64,000 bases of DNA, taken from a virus (lineage: Duplodnaviria; Caudoviricetes). Shown here one piece after another: positions 27,790 through 37,845 of the stretch (within the stretch, counting starts at the first letter, position 1; each line of letters opens with the position of its first letter). The notes beneath the pieces are model-generated. The model saw nothing but the letters and a program-made list of their open reading frames with translations. It searched no databases and was not told the origin of the DNA. The translations under genes and the position numbers were made by a program. The DNA is taken from IMG/VR virus record IMGVR_UViG_3300032280_000642, positions 86,391 to 150,390 of that record; one strand, given 5' to 3'.

Positions 27790-29865
27790 ATGAAACTTTT
27801 TAAATATAACCAATTTTTAGGAGAAGATACTTTAAATGAAAATTTAGATAAAGCTAAGAAATTCTTAAAAGAAAGATATGTTTTATTGACAGCAGCAAAA
27901 GAGCTTGATATACTTAAAGGTGAATTAGCGGCACAAATTCAACATAGAGAAATTAGATCTGTTAGATTAATTGATTTTCAACCTGAACAAAGAGAGCAAC
28001 TAAAAATGAAACTAAGAGATATTTCAGTAACTCCTGAACTACTTAGAACATTTGAGAGAGAAACAGAGTTTGTATCAGTAAGAGGATTAAAAACTAGTGT
28101 TAAAATGCCAAAAGGTGTTAAAGAATTTCAATTAGATAGAGATAATATTGGTTGGTTATCAAATTTTACTTACTTCTATTATTTTGAAAATGTTCCATTA
28201 GAAGACTTATCAGTTGTTTATAGAAGATTGATACAAAATAAAGACATTTTACAAAATCTTACTATTGAGAAACCAAAAGGAACTTTTATTAAGATTCAAT
28301 TTGATGCTAACTTTATTGATGAGAATGAACCGAATAACTTTGAGTTACTAACTGATGGATTAGATAGATTAGAACAATCAAGAAAGATTAAAAAAATGTA
28401 TGATACTTTAACTCCAGAGTTGAAAAAATCATATGATGAAGCTTCTGACTTAAATAAAGAAAAATTCTTATCAGTTGCGGTTGGTTTTGAACAATTAGGA
28501 CTAAAACCAGATGGTACTGTTGATGAAGTTAAGACAAAACAAATTTGGGATGACTTCTTTGGTAGAATGGCACCAGACACAAGACCTTTAAAACCAGATG
28601 GAACTCCAAATCCAACTTTTGGTAAATTAGTTTATCAATCGACATTAAGAAGATATCCTAATATTCACGCATTCATTATTGCAGCAAATGGTCACCTAGC
28701 ATCTTACGAGATGGATGGATTTACTAAATTCAACGAATTGATTACTACTTGTAATGCTAGATTAGGTGCTGCAGGAGTTGAAAAGGTTTTCAATGAGAAT
28801 GGTATTCTTATCTTAGAGGTAAATTCATTTGCCGCTAACCAAATTATAAATGGACATACATCACATTGTATTAAAGATAGTAAAGACCAATGGGATAGTT
28901 ACGTAGAAAATCACGATAATAAACAATATTATATCTATGACTTCCACGTACCTTTAAGAGATAACTTCTCTACAATTGGTATTACAATTGAACCAGGACA
29001 AAGAGTTAGAGCTTGTCATAATAGACCTGACCACTCTGTTTCAACTACAGAGTTTAAGAATATCTTAAAAAGATGGGAGAGAGAGTATAACATTGATAAA
29101 GACTTATGGTCATTCTTCTTACCAATGGATGGTGAAGAAATTAGAAAAAGACAAAAAGCCAAAGAAGCAAATAGAGAAATTGTTAAACCTGGTTTAAGTA
29201 TGGCTAAAATTATTGAATATGTTACTGAATATGGTGCAGACATCAATAAAGATAATGGTAAATGTTTATTCAATGCAGTGGCAGAAGACGATTACGAGAA
29301 AGTAGAACTAATCTTAAAATTAGGTGGACAACCTAACTTAACAAAAGGTAAAGATGCTCCTATTTCTAAAGCAACTAATCTTAAAATGATTAAACTTTTA
29401 GTTGATTATGGTTCTGAGATGACATCTGATGTATTCAAAAGTGTTGTACCTGATACAGAGGCTCTTGATTACTGTTTGAAGGCAGGTCTAGATCCTTTAT
29501 TTAGTCATAATATGCCATTAAGAAAATGTTTCTCTGGTACTTATGATACATTAAATGCACCTGGATCATCAGTTAAGAAAAAAGGAGAACCTTATTGGGA
29601 ATCATTTTTAATGATGATGAAATACCTTGAAAGAAAAGATATTGTAGAAACACTTTACTTTAAAGGAGGTATGATTACTAAGTGGGCAACTGACTATGGT
29701 AGAACTGAATGTTTAGATTATTTTGAAAAAACTGGAGTTTATAAAAAATATACTGAAAAAGATTGGAATGACTTATTTGAATGGATAGATGTTTCAAGAA
29801 GTAGTAGTCCAGAAACAAAAGTCGAAACTTTAGCTTATGTTAAAGAATTAAAAGCAAGAAATTAA
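27790..29865 (+). CDS. hypothetical protein with C-terminal ankyrin-like repeats (MKLFKYNQFLGE)
   Basis: EYGADIN..CLFNAV..VELILKLG, IKLLVDYG; central HCIKD..WDSY motif. Confidence 0.7.
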   Translation: MKLFKYNQFLGEDTLNENLDKAKKFLKERYVLLTAAKELDILKGELAAQIQHREIRSVRLIDFQPEQREQLKMKLRDISVTPELLRTFERETEFVSVRGLKTSVKMPKGVKEFQLDRDNIGWLSNFTYFYYFENVPLEDLSVVYRRLIQNKDILQNLTIEKPKGTFIKIQFDANFIDENEPNNFELLTDGLDRLEQSRKIKKMYDTLTPELKKSYDEASDLNKEKFLSVAVGFEQLGLKPDGTVDEVKTKQIWDDFFGRMAPDTRPLKPDGTPNPTFGKLVYQSTLRRYPNIHAFIIAANGHLASYEMDGFTKFNELITTCNARLGAAGVEKVFNENGILILEVNSFAANQIINGHTSHCIKDSKDQWDSYVENHDNKQYYIYDFHVPLRDNFSTIGITIEPGQRVRACHNRPDHSVSTTEFKNILKRWEREYNIDKDLWSFFLPMDGEEIRKRQKAKEANREIVKPGLSMAKIIEYVTEYGADINKDNGKCLFNAVAEDDYEKVELILKLGGQPNLTKGKDAPISKATNLKMIKLLVDYGSEMTSDVFKSVVPDTEALDYCLKAGLDPLFSHNMPLRKCFSGTYDTLNAPGSSVKKKGEPYWESFLMMMKYLERKDIVETLYFKGGMITKWATDYGRTECLDYFEKTGVYKKYTEKDWNDLFEWIDVSRSSSPETKVETLAYVKELKARN

Positions 29866-29884
29866 ATAAATAAAAAACCAATCT

Positions 29885-30598
29885 TTAAGATTGGTTTTCT
29901 TTTTTTAACACCATATAGATTAAATAAGCATCATTTACATCCTCATAAGGTTTTTGTATTTGTTTAGGTTCTAATATGTCTGTTTTAATAAACTTACAAT
30001 GTTTAGCCCAATAATCATCTAAACAGTCATTTTCAACAATTGCCAATAGCATATCACTTTTTGTGAAAGAGCCTCCCGATATACCTATCTTATTTTTATA
30101 TATCCATTTTTCCTTTTTTATACCAATATTGATTGGCACATAAGTTAGTTTACAAGATTCTAACTTTAATGTAGAAGGTGAAAGAACAAAAATGTCTTCT
30201 GAGATTTTATCAAACAACTTCTTTCTTAGAATAGTTGAAAAAGTAACTAAATCAATAATATCTCCTGCTGCAGATGAAAATGAATAACCTTCAATTCCGA
30301 TTTTAGTAGGTTTATTAGGATCGATGTTTTCTAATATGTCAGTAATAATAGTATCACTAATTTTATCATAATCTTTTAGCTTAACTAGTTCACCTTCTGA
30401 ATAATCTTTATATTCACGGTATTCAATAAATTTATATGTAATGAATTCTTCGGCTAGACCAAACCATTTTGTAATTCCTTTTTTACCAAATGCTTTAGAT
30501 TCTCTACAATAATTGTAAATTTTAAATGTATCTCCTGATGAAACAACTAAGGCAGTTGAAATAAGAGAAGGGTCGATTGCTATAATGTTATATTTCAT
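29885..30598 (-). CDS. RuvC-like Holliday junction resolvase
   Basis: IIAIDPSLISTA, IGIEGY, SPSTLK, EDVNDAY. Confidence 0.75.
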   Translation of the reverse strand: MKYNIIAIDPSLISTALVVSSGDTFKIYNYCRESKAFGKKGITKWFGLAEEFITYKFIEYREYKDYSEGELVKLKDYDKISDTIITDILENIDPNKPTKIGIEGYSFSSAAGDIIDLVTFSTILRKKLFDKISEDIFVLSPSTLKLESCKLTYVPINIGIKKEKWIYKNKIGISGGSFTKSDMLLAIVENDCLDDYWAKHCKFIKTDILEPKQIQKPYEDVNDAYLIYMVLKKENQS

Positions 30599-30635
30599 AA
30601 ACTATATAGTAATGCAACATGTTTTCCTTTTTTAT

Positions 30636-30666
30636 TTTGTAAATTAAAATAATTATTGTATATTTG
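30636..30666 (+). promoter_or_regulatory. Bacteroidota sigma-A type promoter
   Basis: TTTG at 30636-39, 19-nt spacer, TATATTTG at 30659-66. Confidence 0.75.
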
Positions 30667-30683
30667 TAGAAATAATATACTAC

Positions 30684-31136
30684 ATGACAGGTAAGAAATT
30701 AAATCATTCAGATGCACTTAAATTTATTTTCGCAGGTAATTCAACATTTACTGTTGTTAATACCAATACTGATAATAGATTTACATTTAGTTTAAAATTA
30801 TCAAAGAACAGTAACTTGTTTTTTGTTAAAGTTTTGTCAGGTCCAGAAACTTATACCTACATCGGAACCTGTGCAAACGGTTATTTTAAACATTCAAAGA
30901 AATCTGTTATATCAGCAGATGCACAATCTGTAAAAGTTTTCAATTATATTCTTAATAAATTAAGAACTAATACACTTCAAGATTTTGTTGAGATATGGCA
31001 CCAGGGTAAATGTGGGAAGTGTGGTAAAGCTTTAACCGTACCATCTAGTATAGATAATGGTTTAGGACCAAGTTGTCTTAAATCACTCTCTAAACAAGAA
31101 AAAAGAGATAAGTTTTTAGAATTAATACTTTCATAA
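30684..31136 (+). CDS. DUF6011-like zinc-finger protein
   Basis: CGKCGKALTVPSSIDNGLGPSC; C-terminal RDKFLELIL. Confidence 0.75.
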   Translation: MTGKKLNHSDALKFIFAGNSTFTVVNTNTDNRFTFSLKLSKNSNLFFVKVLSGPETYTYIGTCANGYFKHSKKSVISADAQSVKVFNYILNKLRTNTLQDFVEIWHQGKCGKCGKALTVPSSIDNGLGPSCLKSLSKQEKRDKFLELILS

Positions 31137-31137
31137 T

Positions 31138-31683
31138 ATGACACTATCCGCACTTAGAGCATTAATCTCATTATCAACACTTTTATTAATGGGATTTTAT
31201 TTTTTTCTAAATAGAAAAAATAAAGACCGAAAGAACATTTCTTGGGATGTTAAACAAGGAGTAAGATGTTATTCTTGTAAAGAAGAGATTTTTGATGAAA
31301 GTAACATTCAAACCGAAATTCAAAGAGAATGGCAAAAACTTAATAAACTACGTAGTATATTTGATAGAATTAATATAAATCCAAAAAGTGAAGATTTACA
31401 TATGTGTACCTCTTGTAATAGAGATAATCAAATAGAAGGATTGATAAATAAAAGACTTATTTCAGTAAACTCAATTAAAAAGTATTTATATTCACGTAAG
31501 TTTAATAGAATACTTTGGAGTTATACTATTTTAATGATCACTACATTAACACTAGATATTTTAGATTATACTACAAATAAGGACTCATTAAGAATTTTCT
31601 TTTATATCTATAATTTGACTATTTATTGTTATTGGGCAATAATCATTTATAAAAATAAACTGGAATATATAATAGACAAATAA
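31138..31683 (+). CDS. membrane protein with CxxC..CxxC zinc finger
   Basis: N-terminal TM segment, CYSC, CTSC, two C-terminal TM segments. Confidence 0.7.
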   Translation: MTLSALRALISLSTLLLMGFYFFLNRKNKDRKNISWDVKQGVRCYSCKEEIFDESNIQTEIQREWQKLNKLRSIFDRININPKSEDLHMCTSCNRDNQIEGLINKRLISVNSIKKYLYSRKFNRILWSYTILMITTLTLDILDYTTNKDSLRIFFYIYNLTIYCYWAIIIYKNKLEYIIDK

Positions 31684-31715
31684 AAAACCCTCAACTATTA
31701 CTTTGAGGGTTTTTT
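31682..31715. terminator. bidirectional intrinsic terminator
   Basis: AAAAAACCCTCAA..TTGAGGGTTTTTT. Confidence 0.85.
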
Positions 31716-31716
31716 A

Positions 31717-31766
31717 GGGTCAACCGGTTAAGTCGAACATCCACCACCTTATTTTGAGAAATAAGG
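31717..31766 (-). ncRNA. candidate small structured RNA or 3' UTR element
   Basis: Minus strand CCTTATTT-CTCA-AAATAAGG-TGGTGGAT-GTTCGACT-TAACC-GGTTGAC-CC; GC-rich, non-coding, immediately before the terminator. Confidence 0.35.
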
Positions 31767-31793
31767 AAAATATAAACTATAAACTACTACTAT

Positions 31794-31967
31794 TTACTCA
31801 GCTTTAGCTTCATTAACCGATGCCGCTCTATAAGGAGTTACCAATTTTTTGATTTCACCTAATGCTTTACGAGCATCTGCATCAGATTTTTTAGTTGTTT
31901 TGTTGTGGTTTGTATCAAATTGTTCCCACAAAGTTTTTAATTGGTCAAAAATTTCTTGTTTTGTCAT
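31794..31967 (-). CDS. Hc1/histone-H1-like small basic protein (57 aa, missing from the ORF track)
   Basis: Hand translation: MTKQEIFDQLKTLWEQFDTNHNKTTKKSDADARKALGEIKKLVTPYRAASVNEAKAE; the ARKAL.E.KKL...YR..S pattern matches Hc1-like proteins. Confidence 0.7.
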   Translation of the reverse strand: MTKQEIFDQLKTLWEQFDTNHNKTTKKSDADARKALGEIKKLVTPYRAASVNEAKAE

Positions 31968-32020
31968 AATATTTATTTATTTTTTTGTTTTAAACCCACT
32001 TATTTAAGGGGTTTTAATTT

Positions 32021-33253
32021 TTATCCGAAAATATCATCTGCATCTGCAGAATCTGTAAATCCGTTATCATCTGTTGTATCATCTTCATCACCGATAATAC
32101 TATTAAATTCTTTTTCTACTTCATCGATTTCATCTAACGACTTAAATCTGAAATAATCATTTACGATTGGTGCCATTTTCTCTAACACTTCTTGTGTAAA
32201 TACTTCTTGTGTAAATAGTTGTTTAGTTGTTACCGATTTGTTTAAGTGATCAACATACCATCTAATTCCACCTGGAATGAATTTCATTTCACCTGTTGAT
32301 TTATCAACTTCCATTTTACCTTTTGCAATACCAATTTTATCAAAATACTCTGGTCTACAGAAAGCATCTAATCCAGTGTAAGGATTCATACCGTGTGCAA
32401 ATGAAATATCAAATCTAATTTTCTTAGGTTTTGCCATACGATTTTTCATTGTTTTAAATAAAACTGAAATACCACTTGAACCTAAATCCATATCATCTTC
32501 TTCACCAGTTTTTAATTTTGATTTTGACATCATACCAATAACTGATGCAGAATATAAAAGACCATTACCACCCTTGAGTTTTTCCACGGAAAACATGTCT
32601 AAAGTCATATAAGTGTGATTACATACAATCATAGGTATATCTAAGAAACCTAAATCTGTATTGATACTTCTAAACATAGAACCAAGAGCTTTAGCTTTAG
32701 TCATATCTTGTTTAATGTTACCTGCTAATAAATCTTCTTTTTCTTTGTTAGATGCCATTTGGCCCAATGAGTCTAATACAATCATTAGTTTAGGTAATTC
32801 AAAACCTGCCATTTTTTGTTCTTTCAAATCATCTAATAATTGAGTCAATAACATATTTACATCTTCAACTTTGTTAGATCTAATCAATCTGAACTTTTCT
32901 AATGAGTTATCAATTCCAAATTTTGGAATATCTTCTAAGTCAATTGCTTGTTCTGTATCAATGTAAATAACAGAGTATCCTGCTTTTTGTGCATGTTTAG
33001 CACAAGAGTAAGCTACAAATGATTTACCTGCACCAGATTCACCCGCAAATGCAGTGATTCTATTATTAGCAACTCCACCACCAAGTAATTTTCCTGATAA
33101 TGCAGCATCTAATAAATAAACACCAGTTGTAATAAATTGTTTTTCTTTAATTTCTTTCTCAATTTGAATTGGCACTGACTTTGCGATATTATCTAATATC
33201 GAACCAATCTTACTAAACTCAAACTTCTTTCCTTCTTTAACTTGTTTCGCCAT
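32021..33253 (-). CDS. uvsX: RecA/UvsX recombinase
   Basis: TTGVYLLDAALSG, AGESGAGKS, YIDTE, VLDSLG, CNHTY, GGNGLLYSAS, KNR. Confidence 0.93.
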   Translation of the reverse strand: MAKQVKEGKKFEFSKIGSILDNIAKSVPIQIEKEIKEKQFITTGVYLLDAALSGKLLGGGVANNRITAFAGESGAGKSFVAYSCAKHAQKAGYSVIYIDTEQAIDLEDIPKFGIDNSLEKFRLIRSNKVEDVNMLLTQLLDDLKEQKMAGFELPKLMIVLDSLGQMASNKEKEDLLAGNIKQDMTKAKALGSMFRSINTDLGFLDIPMIVCNHTYMTLDMFSVEKLKGGNGLLYSASVIGMMSKSKLKTGEEDDMDLGSSGISVLFKTMKNRMAKPKKIRFDISFAHGMNPYTGLDAFCRPEYFDKIGIAKGKMEVDKSTGEMKFIPGGIRWYVDHLNKSVTTKQLFTQEVFTQEVLEKMAPIVNDYFRFKSLDEIDEVEKEFNSIIGDEDDTTDDNGFTDSADADDIFG

Positions 33254-33360
33254 AATTTTTATTAATTTTTCTTATAATGTATATATAAACTTATTCTACT
33301 CCCCTTTCAACATTTTTTAAAAAAGTTTTGAAAGAGGGTACAATTTTTTATATATAATTT

Positions 33361-34086
33361 ATGGATAGATCAAGATTTTTAGAAAAAGCAAGGAATTTAC
33401 ACGGATATAAATATGAGTATATAGATTTATCTGATAAAATTAAAGTATCGGATACTATAAAAGTTAAATTTGATGGGGTTGTTTATTATCAAAGGGTAAT
33501 AAAACACTTAAATGGTAGATGTCCCGAAAAAGTTATTTATAAAAAAACAACTGAGGAATATATATTAGAGGCAAAAGAAGTATGGGGAGATAAGTATGAT
33601 TACTCACTAACTAAATATGAAGGAGCTCTAAATAATATAAAAGTTATTTATAATGGTGTCGTTTATGAACAAAGAGCTAAATCTCATTTAGAAGGTTCAG
33701 CACCAGAATTTAGAAAGAATGAAGAATCTATTTTAAATGATACTTTAAATAAATATGACTTAGAAGGTGAAAAAGAAATTATAAGTTTTCTTGAAAAATT
33801 TAAAATGAAATTTGAATATAAAAAATCACTTAATAATATAATATTTGACTTTTATATACCTTCTAATAGAACTTTAATTGAGTTTGATGGATTATACCAT
33901 TTTGAACCAGTTGATACGTTAGGCGGTCTTAAAACGTATAATAGAATGAAAGTAAATGATAAAATAAAGAATGATTATTGTGAAGAGAACTATATGAATT
34001 TGATTAGAATTAAGTATGATCAAATTGATGACATTTATCAAATCTTATGGGATAGTTTAAAAATCTACATAAAAAAACCCAACTAA
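33361..34086 (+). CDS. free-standing homing-endonuclease-like protein (two HG.KY.Y repeats plus PD-(D/E)XK/Vsr-like domain)
   Basis: FLEKARNLHGYKYEY, WGDKYDYS; GEKEI, FDFYIP, IEFDGLYHF, LIRIKY. Confidence 0.75.
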   Translation: MDRSRFLEKARNLHGYKYEYIDLSDKIKVSDTIKVKFDGVVYYQRVIKHLNGRCPEKVIYKKTTEEYILEAKEVWGDKYDYSLTKYEGALNNIKVIYNGVVYEQRAKSHLEGSAPEFRKNEESILNDTLNKYDLEGEKEIISFLEKFKMKFEYKKSLNNIIFDFYIPSNRTLIEFDGLYHFEPVDTLGGLKTYNRMKVNDKIKNDYCEENYMNLIRIKYDQIDDIYQILWDSLKIYIKKPN

Positions 34087-34101
34087 TTGTTGGGTTATTT
34101 T

Positions 34102-34332
34102 TTATAATTTAAAGTAGTTACTTAATGTATCAATAGTTTGTTTATCATCTTCGTGATACCAAAGTTCTTTACCAACTATAGAAATCTTTTCATCAGTAAT
34201 CAAAGTTCTTAGAGAACCTTCTGTTTGGAATAACTCTAAATCTTCATCACCTAAAGTTAGACTAATAGAACCATCTTGACCCTCATTAGGTCTATAACTT
34301 TCTTTTAAAAATTCATTAAATCTTTTTATCAT
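34102..34332 (-). CDS. small protein with capsid-targeting-like N-terminus (MIKRFNEFLKES)
   Basis: ORF plus tag. Confidence 0.7.
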   Translation of the reverse strand: MIKRFNEFLKESYRPNEGQDGSISLTLGDEDLELFQTEGSLRTLITDEKISIVGKELWYHEDDKQTIDTLSNYFKL

Positions 34333-34346
34333 AATATTTTTATTTT

Positions 34347-34592
34347 TTATTTATTAAACCAAATAACATATCTTGAACCATCTGGTTGTTCTGAATCAAA
34401 AACAGGATTCTTTCTACTCATATGTTCACCATTTGAATAATAACCAGTTCCATCATCTTTTGTAATATCACCATCTTCTATAGCTTCTTTAAATTCAGGA
34501 ATAGTATAGTATTCACCATAATGAGGAATCTCATCTGTAAAAATCGGATCACTAAGACTTTCGTTGAACTTATCAAAACTTTTTATAATCAT
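34347..34592 (-). CDS. small protein with capsid-targeting-like N-terminus (MIIKSFDKFNES)
   Basis: ORF; TTAATATATA at 34597-34606 (minus). Confidence 0.7.
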   Translation of the reverse strand: MIIKSFDKFNESLSDPIFTDEIPHYGEYYTIPEFKEAIEDGDITKDDGTGYYSNGEHMSRKNPVFDSEQPDGSRYVIWFNK

Positions 34593-34610
34593 AGTATATA
34601 TATTAAATTA

Positions 34611-35672
34611 TTAAATTACTTTTTTATATTCTCTAATATATTTATAAACTACTCCTTTTTTCAATTTTAATTTATTTATTATATCAATTGGTGAAATATT
34701 ATTACAATACATTTTTATCACATTATTTCTAACATCATCAAATTTTTCACTTCTACTTAATCTATTCTCATCTATATTATTCCATTTTCTAGATAATATT
34801 GGTAAGTTAAGTTTTATACATTCTTTTTTAATGTTTTTCAATAATATATTATCAGATATTGTCAGTAGTGAATATCCATCGTTACCAACTTTTGAAAATA
34901 CTTTATCTTTATCATAGTTAAAATAATTATATAGAAAATTTTCAATGAATATCAAATTATTTAACCAATTTTTATGAAGGTGTATTCTTAGATTACAATC
35001 TTGTCTTTTATAAATTTTATGAATACTACCATCACCATCTATAAATCCAATTATTAGTGAAAATAATAATTCTTTATCAAAAGAATATGTATTTAGATCC
35101 ATAGGATCATAGGTTTTATTATTCTTGATATTAAATTTTTCACATAATCGAATACAAATTTCTCTATTTTGTAAAGAAGTCGAACACATTGAATCCTTTT
35201 CAATCATATCAGAACATCCTAAATAGTCAACAAATTTCTGTAAATGATTTCTATCTTTATTAGATAATGATATTTTTATCCTTTCACTGTTACTAATATG
35301 ACCATCTGCTAAAATAAATCCAATCCAATAAAAACTATCCAATTCATCATACATCAATATATTCATATTAGAATTTCTTTTGAAATCATGACCTCTAAAA
35401 ATATCAATTCTATTAGATTTTAATTTAATAGAATCCCAACTTCTATTAGGTAATAGCTCGAGTAATTCATCTTTACTCATATTCACATAATTATCCACTA
35501 TAATAGAAATTTCATAACTGGACCACTTCTCACATTTTTTTATTTTATTTGGTACTATATTATATCTATATTTTCTTATACTATCCCAATTTCTATTAGG
35601 TAATAGTCTAAGTAATTCATCTCTATCATCATATTTTTTTATTATTTCTACTTCTTCATTAGTCCATTTCAT
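34611..35672 (-). CDS. free-standing double-motif LAGLIDADG homing endonuclease with N-terminal Myb-like repeats
   Basis: YWIGFILADG and LIIGFIDGDG; KWTNEE..LLPNRNWDSI repeated twice; C-terminal HTH-like segment. Confidence 0.85.
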   Translation of the reverse strand: MKWTNEEVEIIKKYDDRDELLRLLPNRNWDSIRKYRYNIVPNKIKKCEKWSSYEISIIVDNYVNMSKDELLELLPNRSWDSIKLKSNRIDIFRGHDFKRNSNMNILMYDELDSFYWIGFILADGHISNSERIKISLSNKDRNHLQKFVDYLGCSDMIEKDSMCSTSLQNREICIRLCEKFNIKNNKTYDPMDLNTYSFDKELLFSLIIGFIDGDGSIHKIYKRQDCNLRIHLHKNWLNNLIFIENFLYNYFNYDKDKVFSKVGNDGYSLLTISDNILLKNIKKECIKLNLPILSRKWNNIDENRLSRSEKFDDVRNNVIKMYCNNISPIDIINKLKLKKGVVYKYIREYKKVI

Positions 35673-35715
35673 AAGTATATTTTATTTTTATATATTAAAT
35701 TATTTCCTCTTCCTA

Positions 35716-35747
35716 CTTGTGTATCAACTATAAAATTATTATATTTG
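35716..35747 (+). promoter_or_regulatory. Bacteroidota sigma-A type promoter
   Basis: TTG at 35717-19, 20-nt spacer, TATATTTG at 35740-47. Confidence 0.7.
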
Positions 35748-35775
35748 TAAAATAATTTAAAAATGAAATAAAACT

Positions 35776-36339
35776 ATGAATATTTGGATAACTTCTGATA
35801 CTCACTATAATCACAAGAACATCGCGGGAAAAGAGGTTTCTCGTTGGACGGACGGGTTCAGAAAGTTTGCAAGCGTTCAACAAATGAACGAATCTTTAAT
35901 TGCTAACATCAACAAGTATGTTAAAGAGGACGATACTTTGTATCACCTTGGAGACTTTGCGTTTGGTGATGCTAAAACAATCAGAGAGTTTAGAAACTCT
36001 TTAATTTGTAAAAATGTACATTTAATTTTAGGAAACCACGATGAAGAAATCGAGGATTCTTTAGAATTACAAGAACTTTTTACAAGTGTAGGATATGTTT
36101 ACACAGGATATATTGGAAAACAAAAGTTCCATTTATCTCACTACTCACACAGAGTTTGGCCAAAATCTCACAGAGGTACAATACACCTTTATGGACATTC
36201 ACACGGAAGTATTCCTGATTATGGAAAATCTATGGATGTTGGTGTAGATACTCACAAAGATTTTAGACCTTATCACATTAACGAGATTTACTCTATAATG
36301 AGTAAAAGAGACGTTCACAAAATTGATCATCATGGTTAA
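35776..36339 (+). CDS. calcineurin-like metallophosphoesterase
   Basis: SDTH, LGD, GNHD, SHY, GHSH, DVGVD. Confidence 0.92.
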   Translation: MNIWITSDTHYNHKNIAGKEVSRWTDGFRKFASVQQMNESLIANINKYVKEDDTLYHLGDFAFGDAKTIREFRNSLICKNVHLILGNHDEEIEDSLELQELFTSVGYVYTGYIGKQKFHLSHYSHRVWPKSHRGTIHLYGHSHGSIPDYGKSMDVGVDTHKDFRPYHINEIYSIMSKRDVHKIDHHG

Positions 36340-36505
36340 TTTGAAGTCTGAGTTAGCTTGGTTAAAAATACAACTAAACTCACATTATGGTACAGAGAAG
36401 ATCTCTACCTCTGGAACAATTAAACGAGTTTCAGTGATTAAGAAAAAACTTAAAAAAATAGAACAAAGAAAAAATAAAATACTACATTTAACAAATGGAC
36501 GATAG
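36323..36505 (+). CDS. small basic hypothetical protein (RKNKILHL motif)
   Basis: Overlapping ORF in the operon; the start may be ATG 36332. Confidence 0.55.
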   Translation: MIIMVNLKSELAWLKIQLNSHYGTEKISTSGTIKRVSVIKKKLKKIEQRKNKILHLTNGR

Positions 36506-36812
36506 ATTTGAAATGGGAGACCAAGTTGTTTGTATAAAACAATATGATACATTAAAACCAGGTAGTCACTACACCATAAAAGGTTGTGGTGACTTATCCT
36601 GGAATATGGCTACGGATAAAAAAGGTTATGGTTTCTGTGTTGAAGATGATAGTTTTGCTTATGATATACCAAATTGGTGGAACTTACCATATGATCAAAG
36701 AATAAAGTTTCATTACTTTACATTAGAAGAAATGAATGAGTATTTTATAACAAAATCAGAGGATTATAAATCTTATGTAAGAGATAATAAATTAAAAGAA
36801 TTAGGAATATGA
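36495..36812 (+). CDS. hypothetical protein with SH3-like N-terminus and C-terminal RDNKLKELGI
   Basis: FEMGDQVVCI; terminal motif. Confidence 0.7.
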   Translation: MDDRFEMGDQVVCIKQYDTLKPGSHYTIKGCGDLSWNMATDKKGYGFCVEDDSFAYDIPNWWNLPYDQRIKFHYFTLEEMNEYFITKSEDYKSYVRDNKLKELGI

Positions 36813-37228
36813 TAGATAATTATAATTTTAAACCTGCATTATATTTTGATTGTACTTATGGAACTAACATACATACTTATTATAAATTTCCATTTGGATT
36901 AAACGCAGATGAAGTTTACAATATACTAACACCATGTTGGAAAGAAAGTTTAGAAAAAACAAATCTAATTGAATCCTTAAATGATAGTCATTTCCCATTT
37001 GATATTAAAAATCTTACTTTTGAACAAAAGTATCATATATTACAAGGAATGGCAGCAGGACTTCCAATAGATAATATTATTTATTTTTCCATTGATAGAA
37101 TTTTAGCTTATATGAATAATGATATAAAATCTGAAATGAAATACTTCTCATTAAAGACACAATGGGTAGTATCTCCAAAAACTTGGAATAGAATAAAAGA
37201 ACAATTAAAAATTGAAGAATTAGTATGA
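36809..37228 (+). CDS. hypothetical protein
   Basis: ATGA-coupled ORF. Confidence 0.65.
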   Translation: MIDNYNFKPALYFDCTYGTNIHTYYKFPFGLNADEVYNILTPCWKESLEKTNLIESLNDSHFPFDIKNLTFEQKYHILQGMAAGLPIDNIIYFSIDRILAYMNNDIKSEMKYFSLKTQWVVSPKTWNRIKEQLKIEELV

Positions 37229-37845
37229 TAGATATATTTGGAAATTTACCAATTGACTTAACGAAAATCACTTGTCATTCTGGTGGTGCAATTGGTAGTG
37301 ATACTTATTTTGAAACCATCGGAGCTAACTATGGAGTAAAAACAAAAGCATATTCTTACAAGACAAAGTATCATACTACTGAAAACAAAGTAGAAATCAG
37401 TGATGATGATTATGAAGAAGGAGTAAAAGCTATTCAATTAGCCAATCGTTCTTTAAATAGATATGGTATTCATAGATTTATGAATTTACTTGCAAGAAAT
37501 TGGGCCCAAGTAAAGTATTCTGATGAAGTATTTGCGATAGGAACTATCGTACAACCTGGTAAAAAAGGTTCAAAAGGATTTTATAATAAGTCACAATTTG
37601 AAGTTGTTGATGGCGGCACGGGCTACGCGGTTCAAATGGCGATAGATAATAGAAAAACAGTTTATGTTTTCGATCAAGATAAAGACAAATGGTTTAGATG
37701 GTCTTATACATCTTTATCATTTAGAGAGTTGAAAGGTACTCCAGTTATTACAAGTGAAAACTTTGCAGGAATTGGAACAAGAGAGATAAAACCAAATGGT
37801 ATTTTGGCAATACAAGAAGTTTATAATTTAACATTTAGTAAATAA
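37225..37845 (+). CDS. SLOG-superfamily (YspA/DprA-like) nucleotide-binding protein
   Basis: HSGGAIGSD, LLARN..QV..SD.VFAI, GGTGYAV. Confidence 0.7.
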   Translation: MIDIFGNLPIDLTKITCHSGGAIGSDTYFETIGANYGVKTKAYSYKTKYHTTENKVEISDDDYEEGVKAIQLANRSLNRYGIHRFMNLLARNWAQVKYSDEVFAIGTIVQPGKKGSKGFYNKSQFEVVDGGTGYAVQMAIDNRKTVYVFDQDKDKWFRWSYTSLSFRELKGTPVITSENFAGIGTREIKPNGILAIQEVYNLTFSK

